From a virus (lineage: Duplodnaviria; Caudoviricetes), in the IMG/VR virus record IMGVR_UViG_3300025614_000016, positions 1 through 25,369 of that record: 25,369 nt of DNA; one strand, written 5' to 3'. Positions 1 through 8,176 of the stretch are shown one piece after another. How positions within the stretch are numbered: the stretch's first letter is position 1; every line of letters begins with the position of its first letter. A program made the position numbers and the translations under genes. The notes beneath the pieces are model-generated. The model was not told the DNA's origin, made no database searches, and saw only the letters and a list, made by a program, of their open reading frames with translations.

Positions 1-693
1 ATTTTATTAATGCCTTGGATTAACGCACAGAATTATGATGTAGCAATTGACGCTATGGATAAAACACCTGCTCAAGTTATGTTTGGTCACCTAGAGATTG
101 CTGGTTGTTTAATGAATGTTGGTATGCCTAACCCTCACGGTATGAAAGTATCAGACTTCGATAAGTTTGATTTGGTATGCTCTGGACATTTCCATCACAA
201 GTCTACGACCAAGAACGTTGAGTATCTAGGTTGCCCGTATGAATTGACTTGGGCAGACTTCAACGATGCTAAAGGTTATCATATCTATGACACAGATACG
301 AGGGAAATTGAGTTCGTAAGAAACCCAGTGTCAATGTTCAAGAAAGTATTCTACTCAGATGATAATAAAACTATTGAAGAAATTTTAGATTTCCCGTTCG
401 ACTCATACAAAAACTCATACGTTAAGGTGGTTCGTCAAACTAACGACAATCCTTACTGGTTTGATTTGTTTATGGACAAGTTATATAAGGCAGATCCAAT
501 TCATATTCAAATTGTTGACGACCATCTCAATCTTGATTTGGAAGATGACGATGACATTATCAATGAAGCAGAAACTACTCAAACGATTATGTCTAAGTAT
601 ATTGACAACCTTCCAGATAAAGTTCCAAAAGAGAAATTGGATATTTTGATGCGTGAGTTATATTCTGAGGCAATACATATGGATGTAGCATAA
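1..693 (+). CDS. gp47: Recombination endonuclease subunit gp47 (Mre11/SbcD-like), 5'-truncated by the window edge
   Basis: Frame is open from base 1. Metallophosphoesterase motifs FGHLE, SGHFH and YLGCPY; directly upstream of gp46. Confidence 0.92.
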   Translation: MLLMPWINAQNYDVAIDAMDKTPAQVMFGHLEIAGCLMNVGMPNPHGMKVSDFDKFDLVCSGHFHHKSTTKNVEYLGCPYELTWADFNDAKGYHIYDTDTREIEFVRNPVSMFKKVFYSDDNKTIEEILDFPFDSYKNSYVKVVRQTNDNPYWFDLFMDKLYKADPIHIQIVDDHLNLDLEDDDDIINEAETTQTIMSKYIDNLPDKVPKEKLDILMRELYSEAIHMDVA

Positions 694-694
694 C

Positions 695-723
695 TTTACT
701 TTTGAGGGGGAATAGGGTATAAT
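695..723 (+). promoter_or_regulatory. Sigma70-type promoter, TTTACT-N17-TATAAT class
   Basis: TTTACT 695-700 and TATAAT 718-723. The same motif recurs at five other intergenic sites. Confidence 0.8.
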
Positions 724-729
724 TATATT

Positions 730-2442
730 ATGATCCATTTTAAGAAATTACGGTATAAAAATATACTGTCGACTGGTAACGTCTTTACCGAACTAGAACT
801 TGACCGATCTCCTAACACAATTGTTGTTGGTGAGAATGGTGCAGGTAAAAGTTCTTTCATCGATGCTCTATGCTTTGTGTTATTCAACAAACCGTTCAGA
901 GATATTAAGAAGAACCAACTACTCAATTCTATCAACCAGAAAGATCTTCTAGTTGAGATTACATTCAACATCGGTAAGATTGATTATGAAGTTAAACGTG
1001 GTATCAAACCTAACGTGTTTGAGATCTATAAGAATGGCACGTTGTTGAATCAACCTGGAAGTTCTAGGGATTATCAAGAAACGTTAGAGGACAGTATCCT
1101 CAAACTGAATTACAAATCGTTCACTCAAATTGTTGTATTGGGTAATGCGTCCTTCACACCGTTTATGCAGTTGAAGTCTTACGATCGTAGAATTATTATT
1201 GAAGACTTACTAGACATTCAAATCTTCTCTAATATGAATACAATCTTAAAGGATCGTATCTCTATAAACAAAAAGGAAACTCAAGAGATCAATTATCAAA
1301 TTGATTTGACTGAAGATAAGATACAAGTACAACAAGAATACTTAGAGCAACTAAAGAATGATGTGAACAAGCAAATTGATTCCATCATAACAGAACGCAC
1401 TGGATATGAAACCAAATATAATACATCTGAAGGTGTTTGTTTCGAATTAGGTGACGAGGTTGACTCTCTACTTGACGAGGTTGGGCATGAGAAGAAGGTT
1501 AAGGTTAAGTCTAAGAGAGTATCAGAACTATTACAGAAGTTACACGATAAGACACACAATAACAATAAACGTAAAGTGTTCTTTGAAAAGAATGACAACT
1601 GCCCGACGTGCGAGCAACTGATTGACTTAAAGATTAAGGCAGAAAAGATTGAATCAACTCAAAAATCTATTTCAGAAACTGAGTCTGCTATTGTTACGTT
1701 GGTTGAAGAACAAGATAAACTAACTGTAGAGATTACCAAGATTGATACTCTACAATCACAAATACAAAATAAGCAATTAAAGATTAGAGAACACCAATCC
1801 GAAATGAAACATATGAGGAATAACGGTAAGTCTGCTAATACAAGAATTAGAACACTCGAATCTAAGAGTGTTGAAGACAACCATTCAGAGAGTAAGATAA
1901 ATGATTTGAAATCTGATATGGATGCGTTAGACACTAAGAAAGAAGTCAATTCAATTGATAAAGAATTGCTTGGGTTTGCGTCAGGTATGCTAAAGGATGG
2001 TGGTATTAAAACTAAAATCATCAGACAGTACATACCTATTATGAATAAGTTAATCAATAAGTATTTGGCATCACTTGAATTCTTTGTAAACTTTGAATTA
2101 GATGAAGAGTTTAACGAAACGATTAAGTCAAGATACCGTGATGCGTTTAGTTATGCCAGTTTTTCAGAAGGTGAGAAGATGCGTTTAGACTTGGCATTAC
2201 TATTCACTTGGCGTGCAATTGCTAAGATGAAGAATAGTATTAATACCAACCTATTAATTCTAGATGAAGTATTTGATGCTTCACTTGACTCAACTGGTTG
2301 TGATGAGTTCTTAAAACTATTACACGAACTAGGCAACGAAACAAATGTATTCGTCATCTCACATAAGGGTGATGTATTGATTGATAAATTTAGAAGTAAG
2401 ATTGAATTTCAAAAAATTAAAAACTTTAGCAGGATAGTATGA
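730..2442 (+). CDS. gp46: Recombination ATPase gp46 (Rad50/SbcC-like)
   Basis: Walker A GENGAGKS, zinc hook CPTC, signature FSEGE, Walker B LILDE, coiled coil. Confidence 0.97.
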   Translation: MIHFKKLRYKNILSTGNVFTELELDRSPNTIVVGENGAGKSSFIDALCFVLFNKPFRDIKKNQLLNSINQKDLLVEITFNIGKIDYEVKRGIKPNVFEIYKNGTLLNQPGSSRDYQETLEDSILKLNYKSFTQIVVLGNASFTPFMQLKSYDRRIIIEDLLDIQIFSNMNTILKDRISINKKETQEINYQIDLTEDKIQVQQEYLEQLKNDVNKQIDSIITERTGYETKYNTSEGVCFELGDEVDSLLDEVGHEKKVKVKSKRVSELLQKLHDKTHNNNKRKVFFEKNDNCPTCEQLIDLKIKAEKIESTQKSISETESAIVTLVEEQDKLTVEITKIDTLQSQIQNKQLKIREHQSEMKHMRNNGKSANTRIRTLESKSVEDNHSESKINDLKSDMDALDTKKEVNSIDKELLGFASGMLKDGGIKTKIIRQYIPIMNKLINKYLASLEFFVNFELDEEFNETIKSRYRDAFSYASFSEGEKMRLDLALLFTWRAIAKMKNSINTNLLILDEVFDASLDSTGCDEFLKLLHELGNETNVFVISHKGDVLIDKFRSKIEFQKIKNFSRIV

Positions 2443-2951
2443 TGAGTGAATATGAAATGATAATGAAACTTGATGATAAGATATTAAGAGAACCAACTCA
2501 ACGATTTGACTTCAGCAACCCACCAATGGACCCGACTGTACTATTTGAGTATTTGCGTGATACGATGATTGCTCATAATGGTCTAGGACTGGCAGCAAAT
2601 CAAGTAGGCATTCCTTATAATGTATTTGTTATAGGAAACCCACACATCCCAGAGAGTATTTTCTCAGTGTTTAATCCAACCATCGTAGATTATTCACAAT
2701 CAATCCAACTTGCTGAAGAGGGTTGTTTATCATTCCCCAACTTATTTCTAAAGGTTAAACGACCAACAATCATTAAAGCAAGGTTTTCTGGACACGATGG
2801 TAAGATTGAAACTATCAAGTTTGATGGATTTACTGCTCGAGCATTTCAACACGAATACGACCATCTACAAGGTGGGGTGTTTATGGATAGAGCATCTAAG
2901 TTTCATCTTGACCAAGCAAAACGAAATAAGAAGAAGTTGGATAGAAAATGA
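2439..2951 (+). CDS. def: Peptide deformylase
   Basis: Motifs GLGLAANQVG, EGCLS and QHEYDH. Confidence 0.96.
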   Translation: MMSEYEMIMKLDDKILREPTQRFDFSNPPMDPTVLFEYLRDTMIAHNGLGLAANQVGIPYNVFVIGNPHIPESIFSVFNPTIVDYSQSIQLAEEGCLSFPNLFLKVKRPTIIKARFSGHDGKIETIKFDGFTARAFQHEYDHLQGGVFMDRASKFHLDQAKRNKKKLDRK

Positions 2952-3364
2952 GAATCTTAATAATGGGTCTGCCTGGATCTGGCAAGACCACATTAGCAAA
3001 TAGACTAGCAGATAAGTTGGGTGCTACGTGGTTAAATGCTGATGTTATTCGTAAGGAATATGATGACTGGGATTTTAGTGTAGAGGGTAGGCATCGTCAA
3101 GCAGATAGAATGTATATGTTATCCCGAAAGGCATGCACCAAATATGTTGTATTAGATTTCGTCTGCCCACTGATAGAATGTAGAAAAAAGATAGATGCTC
3201 AGTATGTAATTTGGATGAACACAATCAAAGAAGGTAGGTTTGATGATACTAATCAGATGTTTGTACAACCAACTGAAGATGAGGTTGATTTAACTTTGTC
3301 TAAATATTGTACAGATGCTGACTTGGAATATGTCATCAAAAAACTTGACAGATTGTCTAAATAA
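2948..3364 (+). CDS. Small P-loop kinase, adenylylsulfate-kinase-like
   Basis: GLPGSGKTT, LNADVIR, FSVEGR and DFVCP resemble the CysC family, but the protein is shorter (138 aa). Confidence 0.7.
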   Translation: MRILIMGLPGSGKTTLANRLADKLGATWLNADVIRKEYDDWDFSVEGRHRQADRMYMLSRKACTKYVVLDFVCPLIECRKKIDAQYVIWMNTIKEGRFDDTNQMFVQPTEDEVDLTLSKYCTDADLEYVIKKLDRLSK

Positions 3365-3373
3365 GGGTATAAT
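3345..3373 (+). promoter_or_regulatory. Consensus sigma70 promoter
   Basis: TTGACA 3345-3350, 17-nt spacer, TATAAT 3368-3373. Confidence 0.88.
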
Positions 3374-3406
3374 AGTATGAGAGACGAAATTAATCAAGGA
3401 GTATAT

Positions 3407-4843
3407 ATGGAAGAAATTACAATCAATGGTAACACGTGGCAGAAGTATAAAGGGGATGAAGGACAAGATGTATTCATTGCTAAGTTTATGATTCCTGCTG
3501 ACGACTTATTAGGTAAATATGTAGACGAAAGTTTCTATGATGTGTTGATTGATAATGACGCAGATGTGTATCTCCCACCCGAATGCGATATGACAAAGAG
3601 TCAAGATTGCGATAACATATGCTTGAAGTGTATGGACGAATCTAGACTAGCATTTAAATTCCGTAAGAACGTATTTACCCCAGAAGAACAACTTGGAGCA
3701 TTTGAAGGTTTGTACGATTCAGCAGTTGAATCTAACAACCGAGGTATGGCAGCAGGTCCAAGAGTGGAACAGTCTGGTCACCGTGATTGGGTAACACCAT
3801 TCCAACAAGATATCCTTGAGTATTATGCATCTGGTCAACCAACACCTGTCGACGGATCTAACCCAATTGAAACTATTATTGAAAAGCATAAGACTAAGCA
3901 ACACGAAACCCGTGGGTCAGTCTGGTTGCGTTCTAAGATTGAGGGTGAGTTCGGTGTATATACTGGGTTCTTTGACGTTGCTATGGAACGTTTTGCGTCT
4001 ATGCCAGTTGATGAAGCAACTGAATATGTTAAAGATATCCGTAAGAATATGATTTCTGATACATCTTATGCTTCACCTATGTGGTCAGGTATCGCAGGTT
4101 TCTATGGCAGATATCCACGTATTCCATATGGTAGAGAAACTTCTTATGTAGAACACAACCGTGAGAAGTTTGAGAAGTGCTATCCTTTCGCAAGAAAACT
4201 TGATAAAGAATTTGCTAGATTAATTCCTGGACGTTATGCTAAACAAAAAGAGTTTGCAGATAGATTAGATAAGAAATTCTTAATTGGTGAAGACACTACA
4301 TTAACTACGATTACCGTGAACACAACTACAAGTGATAGAAATGCTAGAATGGCATGCCACCGTGATGCGGGTTCTTTGAATGAAGGGTTCTCAAACCTAA
4401 CAGTAATTACTAAAGACGGTAAGAGTTGGAAGGGTGGTTATCTTGTAGCACCAGAAGTACGTGCTGCAATTAATATCCAACCTGGAGACTTATTACTGAT
4501 TGACAATATGAGAGTTATCCACGGTAACACACCTATTGAAGCACCTGACTCTGGTATTGAAGATATGCTACGCATGAGTTTAATTTTCTACTTCCGTGAA
4601 GATATGGATAAGTTAGGCACTTGGGATTATGAAAAGACTAGACGTGAGTATGTAGATAGTCGTAGGTTGAATAAAGAACATGAATTGTGGAGACCGTTCT
4701 GGAATGGAGTATCACCGTCAATGTGGCATAACGATGAATGGTATGATTACTTGAAAGAACAAGATAAAGGTTTGGAGTGGTTAGAGGATTATCATCCTGA
4801 AGCACTTGAAGAGAAAACTACACTAGAGGGGTTCTTCGAATAA
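3407..4843 (+). CDS. TET/JBP-family 2OG-Fe(II) dioxygenase (putative 5-methylpyrimidine DNA oxygenase)
   Basis: HxD (CHRDAG), distal His (IHGNT) and RxS (RMSLIFYFRE). Start moved to ATG 3407 because it follows SD AAGGAG, whereas ATG 3377 is only 3 nt after the -10 box. Confidence 0.8.
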   Translation: MEEITINGNTWQKYKGDEGQDVFIAKFMIPADDLLGKYVDESFYDVLIDNDADVYLPPECDMTKSQDCDNICLKCMDESRLAFKFRKNVFTPEEQLGAFEGLYDSAVESNNRGMAAGPRVEQSGHRDWVTPFQQDILEYYASGQPTPVDGSNPIETIIEKHKTKQHETRGSVWLRSKIEGEFGVYTGFFDVAMERFASMPVDEATEYVKDIRKNMISDTSYASPMWSGIAGFYGRYPRIPYGRETSYVEHNREKFEKCYPFARKLDKEFARLIPGRYAKQKEFADRLDKKFLIGEDTTLTTITVNTTTSDRNARMACHRDAGSLNEGFSNLTVITKDGKSWKGGYLVAPEVRAAINIQPGDLLLIDNMRVIHGNTPIEAPDSGIEDMLRMSLIFYFREDMDKLGTWDYEKTRREYVDSRRLNKEHELWRPFWNGVSPSMWHNDEWYDYLKEQDKGLEWLEDYHPEALEEKTTLEGFFE

Positions 4844-6192
4844 TGAAAGTTTTAGTCCCAGTACATTCGTTTAATAATTTTGGTGGTATCATTAATCATA
4901 ACGAGCAGTTGATTGCAGGTTTGAAAGAAGTTGGACACGAGGTGACATTCGCATTCTTAAAACCAACTGCCGTGTATCCTAAGAAAGTAGATATCCCTAC
5001 AACCCTTGCCGAAGGATATGCCATTGGCGAAGGAACTGGATTACCAGTCCACCAAGGAAAAGGTTGGATTACGGATTACTATTCATTCCTTAACGAGAAA
5101 AGTATTCAAGAGTTTGTTGATATGGCAAATACTCACGATGTTGTTATCTGGCAAAGTATCTTCGGTTTCAAGAATAAGAATACAGAGAATAACGTTGATT
5201 GGTTGCCTATGGTAGAGGATGTATATGCTAAACAAGTTGCTATCATTCACGATGGTAATTTGAGAAAGTTGTATCCTTGGATTGATAAGTTGAAGCATAA
5301 AATTGATGGTCTGGCATGCGTACATCCGAGTGCATATGCAAGTGCTGAGTCAATTGATTTACCTAGAGCAATGATTTTGAATCCTCAACAGATTGACCCA
5401 TTACCTAAAGCACCTGCATTCAGTGAACGTAAACGTCAGTTGTTATCTGCTCAAACGTTTAAGAGATGGAAACGTGTTGACGATTTAGTAGCAAGTGTTC
5501 CTTACTTAAAGGATGCGAAGGTATATGTTGCTGGTGATGGAATTGAAAGAAACTATATGTGTTCAATTGATAAGTGTAAACCAGAATACTACTGTACAAA
5601 GGAACGGGATCCAAACGCAACAGAGGACATTCTAGGGAATAAGATATGGGATAATGCAACTGCTAATGGTATGGAATATCTTGGTTTTATCACTGAGGAA
5701 AGACGTGACGGAATCCTGAGAGAGTCTTTGTTTATGATTGACTCATCTTGGTCAAACTCATATGGTGAGCACTTTAATAGGGTTGTGGTTGATGCTATGA
5801 GAACTGGAACTGTTCCAATTGCTGTTAATAGAGGTATCGCATCTAACGATGACGGAATTGGTTCACTATTTCGACCGAATGAGAATTATCTGATGCTCAA
5901 GTATGACTACAAACCTAAAGAGTACGCAGACAAAATCAATCAGTTCTTGGATATCCCTGAGAATGCATATATGAAAATGGTTGAAAACAATTATAAAGTT
6001 ATTCAGAATTTTGATAGAAAGAAAATTGCTGATGATTATATCAATTTAGCATTCGGAAACCCTGCTGGATATCACGGTAAATTAGAAACACCTAAGTTTG
6101 TTGATCCGAAGTTTGAGAGAGATGGAAGTAAGCAATGGGAAGCACACTTCTCTACAGAAGAGGTTGCAACACTTGATTCGTTCTTTGGGTAA
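4843..6192 (+). CDS. GT-B fold glycosyltransferase (GT4-like), probable DNA glycosyltransferase
   Basis: N-terminal FGGIINH...LKEVGHEV, KRWKRVD, and EHFNRVVVDAMRTGTVPI (GT4 E-x7-E-like). Overlaps the TET stop (TAATG). Confidence 0.8.
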   Translation: MKVLVPVHSFNNFGGIINHNEQLIAGLKEVGHEVTFAFLKPTAVYPKKVDIPTTLAEGYAIGEGTGLPVHQGKGWITDYYSFLNEKSIQEFVDMANTHDVVIWQSIFGFKNKNTENNVDWLPMVEDVYAKQVAIIHDGNLRKLYPWIDKLKHKIDGLACVHPSAYASAESIDLPRAMILNPQQIDPLPKAPAFSERKRQLLSAQTFKRWKRVDDLVASVPYLKDAKVYVAGDGIERNYMCSIDKCKPEYYCTKERDPNATEDILGNKIWDNATANGMEYLGFITEERRDGILRESLFMIDSSWSNSYGEHFNRVVVDAMRTGTVPIAVNRGIASNDDGIGSLFRPNENYLMLKYDYKPKEYADKINQFLDIPENAYMKMVENNYKVIQNFDRKKIADDYINLAFGNPAGYHGKLETPKFVDPKFERDGSKQWEAHFSTEEVATLDSFFG

Positions 6193-6209
6193 ATAAAGTG
6201 ATAAAACGC

Positions 6210-6238
6210 TTGACTTTTTAATTGAAGTCGAGTATAAT
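6210..6238 (+). promoter_or_regulatory. Sigma70-type promoter
   Basis: TTGACT-N17-TATAAT; the upstream 24 nt are identical to 8099-8122. Confidence 0.82.
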
Positions 6239-6337
6239 TAGTAATATGGATGGTTGAAAAACTATCCACAAACGACTGGATTAACAGTCGGAATTTAACA
6301 GTAGGACAACGTTCTACGCAAATATAAGGAGAAATGT

Positions 6338-7708
6338 ATGCAACCCGCAAAAACATTCAAAAAAACAGTTGGTGACTTAATCACCTCATCGTTAAACGGT
6401 AAGATTAACCCTAATCCTATCGGTCAACGTCCCCCAGTTTCAGAAGGATGGGGGAAATCAAAAGGTATCATTGAGTCATTACTTAAAGGATACTCTATCG
6501 GTCTAATCACTCTACGTGATATCATAAACGATAATGACAATCAAAAAGTGTATAAAGGAACTGACTACTTAGTAATTGATGGTGGACATCGTATTCGTGC
6601 ATTGAGAGATTTTCAAATGAATAAGTTTGATGTTAATGGTTTAAGATACCTTGACTTGCCAGACGATATCCAGAAATCGTTTCTTGAAATTATTATTAGT
6701 GTTGATATATATATTGCTAACAATAAACAGGCAACTGAGATCTTCCGTAGACTTAACACTGTGACACCAGTTAATCCTATTGAAATGATTATGTCAAACG
6801 ATACATCTACCTTTGCTAAGGAAATTCGTTCTAGAGTTTCATTCTATGCTGAGTATGAGAATAAAGTGCATCCTTTGTTTGATGCTGCAGCAAAAAATGA
6901 TAAACCCCCTAAACCTTTGAATTGGGCAACTGATGTCAATCCCCGTAGAAAGTGGGATGAATATGTAGCAGTTATTATGATTAAAACTATTAACAGTGGT
7001 AATGCTACTGCTGGTCTTGACGTAGTTGCTGAATACGTTGAAGAAGATGCCCCAATTAGTAAATCAAAACTTAAATTGGTTGACCGTTTTCTAGATGACG
7101 CATTGAAAGTTAGAAACAGTGTTAAAAGAAAATTCAATACTGATACTTTCTCAGCACTACAACTTGTTTGGTTTGCTTTACTTGAAAAGAATAAGAACTT
7201 TAAGATTGGCGACATCGATGCATTTGCCAAAGAGTTCTTCAAAGCACATACGTTTTTGACTGGTAATGCTGTTAATAAGTTTGATACTGAAGTTAGAAAG
7301 TTTAAGATTAATGCTACTGATAAGAAGGAAAGAATTGTTAAAGAGTTTGCTAGACGAGCAATTAAAAACTTTGCTAACAAATATAATCAACAAGAAGTTG
7401 CTGAGTTATACCTTGACTTAATGCATATTGCTAATGTAGTAACATTCCGTGATGACGTTAGAACTATTAGTCGTGATAAGAAGTTTGATATGCTTGCTGC
7501 TCAAAACTTTAAGTGTGGTATTGATGGTTTGCCTTTAGATATCGATGATGCTATCTTTGGTCACGATACACCTTGGAGTAAGGGTGGTCTTTCATCTGAT
7601 GCTGTTATCATTCGTAATACTCATAATGTTGATATGGGAACTATGACTATCTCTGAGTATAAAGCATATCTTGAGTTTAAAACTGCTCGTGAGTCTATGA
7701 CTGTTTAA
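6338..7708 (+). CDS. DUF262 (ParB/Srx-like) domain plus C-terminal HNH protein, GmrSD-like
   Basis: QR...W, IIESLLKGYSIG, VIDGGHR and IFRRLN motifs of DUF262; C-terminal CGIDG...GHDTPWSKGG...HN HNH-like segment. Confidence 0.78.
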   Translation: MQPAKTFKKTVGDLITSSLNGKINPNPIGQRPPVSEGWGKSKGIIESLLKGYSIGLITLRDIINDNDNQKVYKGTDYLVIDGGHRIRALRDFQMNKFDVNGLRYLDLPDDIQKSFLEIIISVDIYIANNKQATEIFRRLNTVTPVNPIEMIMSNDTSTFAKEIRSRVSFYAEYENKVHPLFDAAAKNDKPPKPLNWATDVNPRRKWDEYVAVIMIKTINSGNATAGLDVVAEYVEEDAPISKSKLKLVDRFLDDALKVRNSVKRKFNTDTFSALQLVWFALLEKNKNFKIGDIDAFAKEFFKAHTFLTGNAVNKFDTEVRKFKINATDKKERIVKEFARRAIKNFANKYNQQEVAELYLDLMHIANVVTFRDDVRTISRDKKFDMLAAQNFKCGIDGLPLDIDDAIFGHDTPWSKGGLSSDAVIIRNTHNVDMGTMTISEYKAYLEFKTARESMTV

Positions 7709-7762
7709 CGTATTCAGCCCTGCCTCAACCAGACACTAATAATTATAATATTGGTGTTTCCT

Positions 7763-7788
7763 AAAACCTCCTGCAATGGGGGTTTTTT
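7763..7788 (+). terminator. Intrinsic terminator
   Basis: AAAACCTCC-TGCAAT-GGGGGTTTT followed by a T-rich tract. A second hairpin (7732-7758) precedes it. Confidence 0.8.
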
Positions 7789-7818
7789 ATTATTTTACAA
7801 TCCCTTACTATTTACCGT

Positions 7819-7856
7819 GTTATTCTTCTACCTATTTGAGCCAATGAGAGTATAAT
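7819..7856 (+). promoter_or_regulatory. Promoter with non-canonical upstream box GTTATTCTTYYACCT-N17-TATAAT
   Basis: The same box and spacing occur at 10425-10462. Confidence 0.65.
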
Positions 7857-7887
7857 ATAAGTATAGATTGAGTTAAAGGAGTAAAAT

Positions 7888-8076
7888 ATGAAAAAAGATA
7901 TAAGGGAAATTGAAGATTTTATGGGTGCTAAGGAAATTGTTGATGATTTCTTTGATTACCTTGATGTGATTACCGACGAGTACAAAAATGAGGTGATTGT
8001 TGATGATGAAAAGGAAAAAGTTACTGACCATGGGAAAGCATTCTTTGCTGCTAAGGGTTGGGAAGTTGTTGAATAA
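7888..8076 (+). CDS. Small acidic hypothetical protein (62 aa)
   Basis: Strong SD AAAGGAG and its own promoter. Confidence 0.75.
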   Translation: MKKDIREIEDFMGAKEIVDDFFDYLDVITDEYKNEVIVDDEKEKVTDHGKAFFAAKGWEVVE

Positions 8077-8113
8077 CCCTAAAATAAACGTGGGAATAAA
8101 AGTGATAAAACGC

Positions 8114-8141
8114 TTGACTTTTACCAAAATTAGGGTATAAT
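8114..8141 (+). promoter_or_regulatory. Sigma70-type promoter
   Basis: TTGACT-N16-TATAAT. Confidence 0.78.
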
Positions 8142-8176
8142 TGATGGTGTTGATTGATTGAAAAGGAGTTTATATT

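Noticed and set aside
3377-3406. Longer starts in the ORF track (3377; also 13537, 14901, 16399, 17923)
   Set aside because: Downstream ATGs have better SD sequences or stop/start overlaps and fit the promoter positions.
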